From Auanema rhodensis (taxonomy: Eukaryota > Animalia > Nematoda): a stretch of DNA of 64,000 bases. Position numbers and translations under genes: made by a program. Below are positions 25,801 through 39,400 of this stretch, piece by piece. The notes beneath the pieces are model-generated. The model did not search any database and was not told where the DNA came from. It saw nothing but the letters and a program-made list of their open reading frames with translations. Where the stretch lies: assembly GCA_964057225.1 (NCBI GenBank), contig OZ059897.1:19468001-19532000 (forward strand). The letters are read 5' to 3'. Position 1 is the stretch's first letter. Every line of letters starts with the position of its first letter.

Positions 25801-28800
25801 TTATTCAACGAAAAAATTAATTCTTCAGGGTGAAAATCGAGGATATAAGTGTGAACTTATATCAGTTGATATCTCGGTGCATTTTTAAGCTAGCGCAAAT
25901 CTGATAACACAGATCGACGCAGCTTAAAAATCCGCATCGAATGCACTATACTACATTGAGAAAAGCTTAATACAAAAATTAGTTATGATCGTTTGAAAAA
26001 TGATGCATTAGTGTATGTTGAGTTTCCATGTACACTCAACATTGCTTCCAAAAACATTTTGACAAAAATTTTTTCGAAAAATTTCAAAATAATTTAGCGA
26101 AAAGTAGATGTTTTTAGATTCGATTTTTCAAGGCAAAGACGATGGACAATGTTATTCAACGAAAAAATTAATTCTTCAGGGTGAAAATCGAGGATATAAG
26201 TGTGAACTTATATCAGTTGATATCTCGGTGCATTTTTAAGCTAGCGCAAATCTGATAACACAGATCGACGCAGCTTAAAAATCCGCATCGAATGCACTAT
26301 ACTACATTGAGAAAAGCTTAATACAAAAATTAGTTATGATCGTTTGAAAAATGATGCATTAGTGTATGTTGAGTTTCCATGTACACTCAACATTGCTTCC
26401 AAAAACATTTTGACAAAAATTTTTTCGAAAAATTTCAAAATAATTTAGCAAAAAGTAGATGTTTTTAGATTCCATTTTTCAAGGCAAAGACGATGGACAA
26501 TGTTATTCAACGAAAAAATTAATTCTTCAGGGTGAAAATCGAGGATATAAGTGTGAACTTATATCAGTTGATATCTCGGTGCATTTTTAAGCTAGCGCAA
26601 ATCTGATAACACAGATCGACGCAGCTTAAAAATCCGCATCGAATGCACTATACTACATTGAAAAACGCTTAATACAAAAATTAGTTATGATCGTTTGAAA
26701 AATGATGCATTAGTGTATGTTGAGTTTCCATGTACACTCAACATTGCTTCCAAAAACATTTTGACAAAAATTTTTTCGAAAAATTTCAAAATAATTTAGC
26801 GAAAAGTAGATGTTTTTAGATTCGATTTTTCAAGGCAAAGACGATGGACAATGTTATTCAACGAAAAAATTAATTCTTCAGGGTGAAAATCGAGGATATA
26901 AGTGTGAACTTATATCAGTTGATATCTCGGTGCATTTTTAAGCTAGCGCAAATCTGATAACACAGATCGACGCAGCTTAAAAATCCGCATCGAATGCACT
27001 ATACTACATTGAGAAAAGCTTAATACAAAAATTAGTTATGATCGTTTGAAAAATGATGCATTAGTGTTTGTTGAGTTTCCATGTACACTCAACATTGCTT
27101 CCAAAAACATTTTGACAAAAATTTTTTCGAAAAATTTCAAAATAATTTAGCAAAAAGTAGATGTTTTTAGATTCCATTTTTCAAGGCAAAGACGATGGAC
27201 AATGTTATTCAACGAAAAAATTAATTCTTCAGGGTGAAAATCGAGGATATAAGTGTGAACTTATATCAGTTGATATCTCGGTGCATTTTTAAGCTAGCGC
27301 AAATCTGATAACACAGATCGACGCAGCTTAAAAATCCGCATCGAATGCACTATACTACATTGAAAAACGCTTAATACAAAAATTAGTTATGATCGTTTGA
27401 AAAATGATGCATTAGTGTATGTTGAGTTTCCATGTACACTCAACATTGCTTCCAAAAACATTTTGACAAAAATTTTTTCGAAAAATTTCAAAATAATTTA
27501 GCGAAAAGTAGATGTTTTTAGATTCGATTTTTCAAGGCAAAGACGATGGACAATGTTATTCAACGAAAAAATTAATTCTTCAGGGTGAAAATCGAGGATA
27601 TAAGTGTGAACTTATATCAGTTGATATCTCGGTGCATTTTTAAGCTAGCGCAAATCTGATAACACAGATCGACGCAGCTTAAAAATCCGCATCGAATGCA
27701 CTATACTACATTGAGAAAAGCTTAATACAAAAATTAGTTATGATCGTTTGAAAAATGATGCATTAGTGTTTGTTGAGTTTCCATGTACACTCAACATTGC
27801 TTCCAAAAACATTTTGACAAAAATTTTTTCGAAAAATTTCAAAATAATTTAGCAAAAAGTAGATGTTTTTAGATTCCATTTTTCAAGGCAAAGACGATGG
27901 ACAATGTTATTCAACGAAAAAATTAATTCTTCAGGGTGAAAATCGAGGATATAAGTGTGAACTTATATCAGTTGATATCTCGGTGCATTTTTAAGCTAGC
28001 GCAAATCTGATAACACAGATCGACGCAGCTTAAAAATCCGCATCGAATGCACTATACTACATTGAGAAAAGCTTAATACAAAAATTAGTTATGATCGTTT
28101 GAAAAATGATGCATTAGTGTATGTTGAGTTTCCATGTACACTCAACATTGCTTCCAAAAACATTTTGACAAAAATTTTTTCGAAAAATTTCAAAATAATT
28201 TAGCAAAAAGTAGATGTTTTTAGATTCCATTTTTCAAGGCAAAGACGATGGACAATGTTATTCAACGAAAAAATTAATTCTTCAGGGTGAAAATCGAGGA
28301 TATAAGTGTGAACTTATATCAGTTGATATCTCGGTGCATTTTTAAGCTAGCGCAAATCTGATAACACAGATCGACGCAGCTTAAAAATCCGCATCGAATG
28401 CACTATACTACATTGAAAAACGCTTAATACAAAAATTAGTTATGATCGTTTGAAAAATGATGCATTAGTGTATGTTGAGTTTCCATGTACACTCAACATT
28501 GCTTCCAAAAACATTTTGACAAAAATTTTTTCGAAAAATTTCAAAATAATTTAGCGAAAAGTAGATGTTTTTAGATTCGATTTTTCAAGGCAAAGACGAT
28601 GGACAATGTTATTCAACGAAAAAATTAATTCTTCAGGGTGAAAATCGAGGATATAAGTGTGAACTTATATCAGTTGATATCTCGGTGCATTTTTAAGCTA
28701 GCGCAAATCTGATAACACAGATCGACGCAGCTTAAAAATCCGCATCGAATGCACTATACTACATTGAGAAAAGCTTAATACAAAAATTAGTTATGATCGT

Positions 28801-30099
28801 TTGAAAAATGATGCATTAGTGTTTGTTGAGTTTCCATGTACACTCAACATTGCTTCCAAAAACATTTTGACAAAAATTTTTTCGAAAAATTTCAAAATAA
28901 TTTAGCAAAAAGTAGATGTTTTTAGATTCCATTTTTCAAGGCAAAGACGATGGACAATGTTATTCAACGAAAAAATTAATTCTTCAGGGTGAAAATCGAG
29001 GATATAAGTGTGAACTTATATCAGTTGATATCTCGGTGCATTTTTAAGCTAGCGCAAATCTGATAACACAGATCGACGCAGCTTAAAAATCCGCATCGAA
29101 TGCACTATACTACATTGAAAAACGCTTAATACAAAAATTAGTTATGATCGTTTGAAAAATGATGCATTAGTGTATGTTGAGTTTCCATGTACACTCAACA
29201 TTGCTTCCAAAAACATTTTGACAAAAATTTTTTCGAAAAATTTCAAAATAATTTAGCGAAAAGTAGATGTTTTTAGATTCGATTTTTCAAGGCAAAGACG
29301 ATGGACAATGTTATTCAACGAAAAAATTAATTCTTCAGGGTGAAAATCGAGGATATAAGTGTGAACTTATATCAGTTGATATCTCGGTGCATTTTTAAGC
29401 TAGCGCAAATCTGATAACACAGATCGACGCAGCTTAAAAATCCGCATCGAATGCACTATACTACATTGAGAAAAGCTTAATACAAAAATTAGTTATGATC
29501 GTTTGAAAAATGATGCATTAGTGTATGTTGAGTTTCCATGTACACTCAACATTGCTTCCAAAAACATTTTGACAAAAATTTTTTCGAAAAATTTCAAAAT
29601 AATTTAGCAAAAAGTAGATGTTTTTAGATTCCTTTTTTCAAGGCAAAGACGATGGACAATGTTATTCAACGAAAAAATTATTTCTTCAGGGTGAGAATCG
29701 AGGATATAAGTGTGAACTTATATCAGTTGATATCTCGGTGCATTTTTAAGCTAGCGCAAATCTGATAACACAGATCGACGCAGCTTAAAAATCCGCATCG
29801 AATGCACTATACTACATTGAAAAACGCTTGATACAAAAATTAGTTATGATCGTTTGAAAAATGATGCATTAGTGTATGTTGAGTTTCCATGTACACTCAA
29901 CATTGCTTCCAAAAACATTTTGACAAAAATTTTTTCGAAAAATTTCAAAATAATTTAGCAAAAAGTAGATGTTTTTAGATTCCTTTTTTCAAGGCAAAGA
30001 CGATGGACAATGTTATTCAACGAAAAAATTATTTCTTCAGGGTGAAAATCGAGGATATAAGTGTGAACTTATATCAGTTGATATCTCGGTGCATTTTTA

Positions 30100-33000
30100 A
30101 GCTAGCGCAAATCTGATAACACAGATCGACGCAGCTTAAAAATCCGGATCGAATGCACTATACTACATTAAGAAACGCTTGATACAAAAATTAGTTATGA
30201 TCGTTTGAAAAATGATGCATTAGTGTATGTTGAGTTTCCATGTACACTCAACATTGCTTCCAAAAACATTTTGACAAAAATTTTTTCGAAAAATTTCAAA
30301 ATAATTTAGCAAAAAGTAGATGTTTTTAGATTCCATTTTTCAAGGCAAAGACGATAGACAATGTTATTCAACGGAAAAGTTAATTCTTCAGGGTGAAAAT
30401 CGAGGATATAAGTGTGAACTTATATCAGTTGATATCTCGGTGCATTTTTAAGCTAGCGCAAATCTGATAACACAGATCGACGCAGCTTAAAAATCCGCAT
30501 CGAATGCACTATACTACATTGAGAAAAGCTTAATACAAAAATTAGTTATGATCGTTTGAAAAATGATGCATTAGTGTATGTTGAGTTTCCATGTACACTC
30601 AACATTGCTTCCAAAAACATTTTGACAAAAATTTTTTCGAAAAATTTCAAAATAATTTAGCAAAAAGTAGATGTTTTTAGATTCCTTTTTTCAAGGCAAA
30701 GACGATGGACAATGTTATTCAACGAGAAAATTAATTCTTCAGGGTGAAAATCGAGGATATAAGTGTGAACTTATATCAGTTGATATCTCGGTGCATTTTT
30801 AAGCTAGCGCAAATCTGATAACACAGATCGACGCAGCTTAAAAATCCGCATCGAATGCACTATACTACATTGAGAAAAGCTTAATACAAAAATTAGTTAT
30901 GATCGTTAGAAAAATGATGCATTAGTGTATGTTGAGTTTCCATGTACACTCAACATTGCTTCCAAAAACATTTTGACAAAAATTTTTTCGAAAAATTTCA
31001 AAATAATTTAGCAAAAAGTAGATGTTTTTAGATTTCATTTTTCAAGGCAAAGACGATAGACAATGTTATTCAACGAAAAAATTAATTCTTCAGGGTGAAA
31101 ATCGAGGATATAAGTGTGAACTGATATCAGTTGATATCTCGGTGCATTTTCAAGCTAGCGCAAATCTGATAACACAGATCGACGCAGCTTAAAAATCCGC
31201 ATCGAATGCACTATACTACATTGAGAAACGCTTAATACAAAAATTAGTTATGATCGTTTGAAAAATGATGCATTAGTGTATGTTGAGTTTCCATGTACAC
31301 TCAACATTGCTTCCAAAAACATTTTGACAAAAATTTTTTCGAAAAATTTCAAAATAATTTAGCGAAAAGTAGATGTTTTTAGATTCGATTTTTCAAGGCA
31401 AAGACGATGGACAATGTTATTCAACGAAAAAATTAATTCTTCAGGGTGAAAATCGAGGATATAAGTGTGAACTTATATCAGTTGATATCTCGGTGCATTT
31501 TTAAGCTAGCGCAAATCTGATAACACAGATCGACGCAGCTTAAAAATCCGCATCGAATGCACTATACTACATTGAGAAAAGCTTAATACAAAAATTAGTT
31601 ATGATCGTTTGAAAAATGATGCATTAGTGTATGTTGAGTTTCCATGTACACTCAACATTGCTTCCAAAAACATTTTGACAAAAATTTTTTCGAAAAATTT
31701 CAAAATAATTTAGCAAAAAGTAGATGTTTTTAGATTCCTTTTTTCAAGGCAAAGACGATGGACAATGTTATTCAACGAAAAAATTAATTCTTCAGGGTGA
31801 AAATCGAGGATATAAGTGTGAACTTATATCAGTTGATATCTCGGTGCATTTTTAAGCTAGCGCAAATCTGATAACACAGATCGACGCAGCTTAAAAATCC
31901 GCATCGAATGCACTATACTACATTGAGAAAAGCTTAATACAAAAATTAGTTATGATCGTTTGAAAAATGATGCATTAGTGTATGTTGAGTTTCCATGTAC
32001 ACTCAACATTGCTTCCAAAAACATTTTGACAAAAATTTTTTCGAAAAATTTCAAAATAATTTAGCAAAAAGTAGATGTTTTTAGATTCCTTTTTTCAAGG
32101 CAAAGACGATGGACAATGTTATTCAACGAAAAAATTAATTCTTCAGGGTGAAAATCGAGGATATAAGTGTGAACTTATATCAGTTGATATCTCGGTGCAT
32201 TTTTAAGCTAGCGCAAATCTGATAACACAGATCGACGCAGCTTAAAAATCCGCATCGAATGCACTATACTACATTGAGAAAAGCTTAATACAAAAATTAG
32301 TTATGATCGTTTGAAAAATGATGCATTAGTGTATGTTGAGTTTCCATGTACACTCAACATTGCTTCCAAAAACATTTTGACAAAAATTTTTTCGAAAAAT
32401 TTCAAAATAATTTAGCAAAAAGTAGATGTTTTTAGATTCCATTTTTCAAGGCAAAGACGATGGACAATGTTATTCAACGAAAAAATTAATTCTTCAGGGT
32501 GAAAATCGAGGATATAAGTGTGAACTTATATCAGTTGATATCTCGGTGCATTTTTAAGCTAGCGCAAATCTGATAACACAGATCGACGCAGCTTAAAAAT
32601 CCGCATCGAATGCACTATACTACATTGAAAAACGCTTAATACAAAAATTAGTTATGATCGTTTGAAAAATGATGCATTAGTGTATGTTGAGTTTCCATGT
32701 ACACTCAACATTGCTTCCAAAAACATTTTGACAAAAATTTTTTCGAAAAATTTCAAAATAATTTAGCAAAAAGTAGATGTTTTTAGATTCCTTTTTTCAA
32801 GGCAAAGACGATGGACAATGTTATTCAACGAAAAAATTAATTCTTCAGGGTGAAAATCGAGGATATAAGTGTGAACTTATATCAGTTGATATCTCGGTGC
32901 ATTTTTAAGCTAGCGCAAATCTGATAACACAGATCGACGCAGCTTAAAAATCCGCATCGAATGCACTATACTACATTGAGAAAAGCTTAATACAAAAATT

Positions 33001-36000
33001 AGTTATGATCGTTTGAAAAATGATGCATTAGTGTATGTTGAGTTTCCATGTACACTCAACATTGCTTCCAAAAACATTTTGACAAAAATTTTTTCGAAAA
33101 ATTTCAAAATAATTTAGCAAAAAGTAGATGTTTTTAGATTCCATTTTTCAAGGCAAAGACGATGGACAATGTTATTCAACGAAAAAATTAATTCTTCAGG
33201 GTGAAAATCGAGGATATAAGTGTGAACTTATATCAGTTGATATCTCGGTGCATTTTTAAGCTAGCGCAAATCTGATAACACAGATCGACGCAGCTTAAAA
33301 ATCCGGATCGAATGCACTATACTACATTAAGAAACGCTTGATACAAAAATTAGTTATGATCGTTTGAAAAATGATGCATTAGTGTATGTTGAGTTTCCAT
33401 GTACACTCAACATTGCTTCCAAAAACATTTTGACAAAAATTTTTTCGAAAAATTTCAAAATAATTTAGCAAAAAGTAGATGTTTTTAGATTCCATTTTTC
33501 AAGGCAAAGACGATAGACAATGTTATTCAACGGAAAAGTTAATTCTTCAGGGTGAAAATCGAGGATATAAGTGTGAACTTATATCAGTTGATATCTCGGT
33601 GCATTTTTAAGCTAGCGCAAATCTGATAACACAGATCGACGCAGCTTAAAAATCCGCATCGAATGCACTATACTACATTGAGAAAAGCTTAATACAAAAA
33701 TTAGTTATGATCGTTTGAAAAATGATGCATTAGTGTATGTTGAGTTTCCATGTACACTCAACATTGCTTCCAAAAACATTTTGACAAAAATTTTTTCGAA
33801 AAATTTCAAAATAATTTAGCAAAAAGTAGATGTTTTTAGATTCCTTTTTTCAAGGCAAAGACGATGGACAATGTTATTCAACGAGAAAATTAATTCTTCA
33901 GGGTGAAAATCGAGGATATAAGTGTGAACTTATATCAGTTGATATCTCGGTGCATTTTTAAGCTAGCGCAAATCTGATAACACAGATCGACGCAGCTTAA
34001 AAATCCGCATCGAATGCACTATACTACATTGAGAAAAGCTTAATACAAAAATTAGTTATGATCGTTAGAAAAATGATGCATTAGTGTATGTTGAGTTTCC
34101 ATGTACACTCAACATTGCTTCCAAAAACATTTTGACAAAAATTTTTTCGAAAAATTTCAAAATAATTTAGCAAAAAGTAGATGTTTTTAGATTTCATTTT
34201 TCAAGGCAAAGACGATAGACAATGTTATTCAACGAAAAAATTAATTCTTCAGGGTGAAAATCGAGGATATAAGTGTGAACTGATATCAGTTGATATCTCG
34301 GTGCATTTTCAAGCTAGCGCAAATCTGATAACACAGATCGACGCAGCTTAAAAATCCGCATCGAATGCACTATACTACATTGAGAAACGCTTAATACAAA
34401 AATTAGTTATGATCGTTTGAAAAATGATGCATTAGTGTATGTTGAGTTTCCATGTACACTCAACATTGCTTCCAAAAACATTTTGACAAAAATTTTTTCG
34501 AAAAATTTCAAAATAATTTAGCGAAAAGTAGATGTTTTTAGATTCGATTTTTCAAGGCAAAGACGATGGACAATGTTATTCAACGAAAAAATTAATTCTT
34601 CAGGGTGAAAATCGAGGATATAAGTGTGAACTTATATCAGTTGATATCTCGGTGCATTTTTAAGCTAGCGCAAATCTGATAACACAGATCGACGCAGCTT
34701 AAAAATCCGCATCGAATGCACTATACTACATTGAGAAAAGCTTAATACAAAAATTAGTTATGATCGTTTGAAAAATGATGCATTAGTGTATGTTGAGTTT
34801 CCATGTACACTCAACATTGCTTCCAAAAACATTTTGACAAAAATTTTTTCGAAAAATTTCAAAATAATTTAGCAAAAAGTAGATGTTTTTAGATTCCTTT
34901 TTTCAAGGCAAAGACGATGGACAATGTTATTCAACGAAAAAATTAATTCTTCAGGGTGAAAATCGAGGATATAAGTGTGAACTTATATCAGTTGATATCT
35001 CGGTGCATTTTTAAGCTAGCGCAAATCTGATAACACAGATCGACGCAGCTTAAAAATCCGCATCGAATGCACTATACTACATTGAGAAAAGCTTAATACA
35101 AAAATTAGTTATGATCGTTTGAAAAATGATGCATTAGTGTATGTTGAGTTTCCATGTACACTCAACATTGCTTCCAAAAACATTTTGACAAAAATTTTTT
35201 CGAAAAATTTCAAAATAATTTAGCAAAAAGTAGATGTTTTTAGATTCCTTTTTTCAAGGCAAAGACGATGGACAATGTTATTCAACGAAAAAATTAATTC
35301 TTCAGGGTGAAAATCGAGGATATAAGTGTGAACTTATATCAGTTGATATCTCGGTGCATTTTTAAGCTAGCGCAAATCTGATAACACAGATCGACGCAGC
35401 TTAAAAATCCGCATCGAATGCACTATACTACATTGAGAAAAGCTTAATACAAAAATTAGTTATGATCGTTTGAAAAATGATGCATTAGTGTATGTTGAGT
35501 TTCCATGTACACTCAACATTGCTTCCAAAAACATTTTGACAAAAATTTTTTCGAAAAATTTCAAAATAATTTAGCAAAAAGTAGATGTTTTTAGATTCCA
35601 TTTTTCAAGGCAAAGACGATGGACAATGTTATTCAACGAAAAAATTAATTCTTCAGGGTGAAAATCGAGGATATAAGTGTGAACTTATATCAGTTGATAT
35701 CTCGGTGCATTTTTAAGCTAGCGCAAATCTGATAACACAGATCGACGCAGCTTAAAAATCCGCATCGAATGCACTATACTACATTGAAAAACGCTTAATA
35801 CAAAAATTAGTTATGATCGTTTGAAAAATGATGCATTAGTGTATGTTGAGTTTCCATGTACACTCAACATTGCTTCCAAAAACATTTTGACAAAAATTTT
35901 TTCGAAAAATTTCAAAATAATTTAGCAAAAAGTAGATGTTTTTAGATTCCTTTTTTCAAGGCAAAGACGATGGACAATGTTATTCAACGAAAAAATTAAT

Positions 36001-36460
36001 TCTTCAGGGTGAAAATCGAGGATATAAGTGTGAACTTATATCAGTTGATATCTCGGTGCATTTTTAAGCTAGCGCAAATCTGATAACACAGATCGACGCA
36101 GCTTAAAAATCCGCATCGAATGCACTATACTACATTGAGAAAAGCTTAATACAAAAATTAGTTATGATCGTTTGAAAAATGATGCATTAGTGTATGTTGA
36201 GTTTCCATGTACACTCAACATTGCTTCCAAAAACATTTTGACAAAAATTTTTTCGAAAAATTTCAAAATAATTTAGCAAAAAGTAGATGTTTTTAGATTC
36301 CATTTTTCAAGGCAAAGACGATGGACAATGTTATTCAACGAAAAAATTAATTCTTCAGGGTGAAAATCGAGGATATAAGTGTGAACTTATATCAGTTGAT
36401 ATCTCGGTGCATTTTTAAGCTAGCGCAAATCTGATAACACAGATCGACGCAGCTTAAAAA
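30100..36460. repeat. Two tandem copies of a 9-monomer block (3159 bp)
   Basis: Private variants at offset 3159: ccggatc 30147/33306, acggaaaag near 30374/33533, ctgatatc 31123/34282, gttaga 30908/34067. Confidence 0.92.
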
Positions 36461-39400
36461 TCCGCATCGAATGCACTATACTACATTGAAAAACGCTTAA
36501 TACAAAAATTAGTTATGATCGTTTGAAAAATGATGCATTAGTGTATGTTGAGTTTCCATGTACACTCAACATTGCTTCCAAAAACATTTTGACAAAAATT
36601 TTTTCGAAAAATTTCAAAATAATTTAGCAAAAAGTAGATGTTTTTAGATTCGATTTTTCAAGGCAAAGACGATGGACAATGTTATTCAACGAAAAAATTA
36701 ATTCTTCAGGGTGAAAATCGAGGATATAAGTGTGAACTTATATCAGTTGATATCTCGGTGCATTTTTAAGCTAGCGCAAATCTGATAACACAGATCGACG
36801 CAGCTTAAAAATCCGCATCGAATGCACTATATTACATTGAGAAACGCTTGATACAAAAATTAGTTATGATCGTTTGAAAAATGATGCATTAGTGTATGTT
36901 GAGTTTCCATGTACACTCAACATTGCTTCCAAAAACATTTTGACAAAAATTTTTTCGAAAAATTTCAAAATAATTTAGCAAAAAGTAGATGTTTTTAGAT
37001 TCCTTTTTTCAAGGCAAAGACGATGGACAATGTTATTCAACGAAAAAATTATTTCTTCAGGGTGAAAATCGAGGATATAAGTGTGAACTTATATCAGTTG
37101 ATATCTCGGTGCATTTTTAAGCTAGCGCAAATCTGATAACACAGATCGACGCAGCTTAAAAATCCGCATCGAATGCACTATATTACATTGAAAAACGCTT
37201 AATACAAGAATTAGTTATGATCGTTTGAAAAATGATGCATTAGTGTATGTTGAGTTTCCATGTACACTCAACATTGCTTCCAAAAACATTTTGACAAAAA
37301 TTTTTTCGAAAAATTTCAAAATAATTTAGCAAAAAGTAGATGTTTTTAGATTCCATTTTTCAAGGCAAAGACGATGGACAATGTTATTCAACGAAAAAAT
37401 TAATTCTTCAGGGTGAAAATCGAGGATATAAGTGTGAACTTATATCAGTTGATATCTCGGTGCATTTTTAAGCTAGCGCAAATCTGATAACACAGATCGA
37501 CGCAGCTTAAAAATCCGCATCGAATGCACTATACTACATTGAAAAACGCTTAATACAAAAATTAGTTATGATCGTTTGAAAAATGATGCATTAGTGTATG
37601 TTGAGTTTCCATGTACACTCAACATTGCTTCCAAAAACATTTTGACAAAAATTTTTTCGAAAAATTTCAAAATAATTTAGCAAAAAGTAGATGTTTTTAG
37701 ATTCCTTTTTTCAAGGCAAAGACGATGGACAATGTTATTCAACGAAAAAATTAATTCTTCAGGGTGAAAATCGAGGATATAAGTGTTAACTTATATCAGT
37801 TGATATCTCGGTGCATTTTTAAGCTAGCGCAAATCTGATAACACAGATCGACGCAGCTTAAAAATCCGCATCGAATGCACTATACTACATTGAGAAAAGC
37901 TTAATACAAAAATTAGTTATGATCGTTTGAAAAATGATGCATTAGTGTATGTTGAGTTTCCATGTACACTCAACATTGCTTCCAAAAACATTTTGACAAA
38001 AATTTTTTCGAAAAATTTCAAAATAATTTAGCAAAAAGTAGATGTTTTTAGATTCCATTTTTCAAGGCAAAGACGATGGACAATGTTATTCAACGAAAAA
38101 ATTAATTCTTCAGGGTGAAAATCGAGGATATAAGTGTGAACTTATATCAGTTGATATCTCGGTGCATTTTTAAGCTAGCGCAAATCTGATAACACAGATC
38201 GACGCAGCTTAAAAATCCGCATCGAATGCACTATACTACATTGAAAAACGCTTAATACAAAAATTAGTTATGATCGTTTGAAAAATGATGCATTAGTGTA
38301 TGTTGAGTTTCCATGTACACTCAACATTGCTTCCAAAAACATTTTGACAAAAATTTTTTCGAAAAATTTCAAAATAATTTAGCAAAAAGTAGATGTTTTT
38401 AGATTCGATTTTTCAAGGCAAAGACGATGGACAATGTTATTCAACGAAAAAATTAATTCTTCAGGGTGAAAATCGAGGATATAAGTGTGAACTTATATCA
38501 GTTGATATCTCGGTGCATTTTTAAGCTAGCGCAAATCTGATAACACAGATCGACGCAGCTTAAAAATCCGCATCGAATGCACTATATTACATTGAGAAAC
38601 GCTTGATACAAAAATTAGTTATGATCGTTTGAAAAATGATGCATTAGTGTATGTTGAGTTTCCATGTACACTCAACATTGCTTCCAAAAACATTTTGACA
38701 AAAATTTTTTCGAAAAATTTCAAAATAATTTAGCAAAAAGTAGATGTTTTTAGATTCCTTTTTTCAAGGCAAAGACGATGGACAATGTTATTCAACGAAA
38801 AAATTATTTCTTCAGGGTGAAAATCGAGGATATAAGTGTGAACTTATATCAGTTGATATCTCGGTGCATTTTTAAGCTAGCGCAAATCTGATAACACAGA
38901 TCGACGCAGCTTAAAAATCCGCATCGAATGCACTATATTACATTGAAAAACGCTTAATACAAGAATTAGTTATGATCGTTTGAAAAATGATGCATTAGTG
39001 TATGTTGAGTTTCCATGTACACTCAACATTGCTTCCAAAAACATTTTGACAAAAATTTTTTCGAAAAATTTCAAAATAATTTAGCAAAAAGTAGATGTTT
39101 TTAGATTCCTTTTTTCAAGGCAAAGACGATGGACAATGTTATTCAACGAGAAAATTAATTCTTCAGGGTGAAAATCGAGGATATAAGTGTGAACTTATAT
39201 CAGTTGATATCTCGGTGCATTTTTAAGCTAGCGCAAATCTGATAACACAGATCGACGCAGCTTAAAAATCCGCATCGAATGCACTATACTACATTGAAAA
39301 ACGCTTAATACAAAAATTAGTTATGATCGTTTGAAAAATGATGCATTAGTGTATGTTGAGTTTCCATGTACACTCAACATTGCTTCCAAAAACATTTTGA

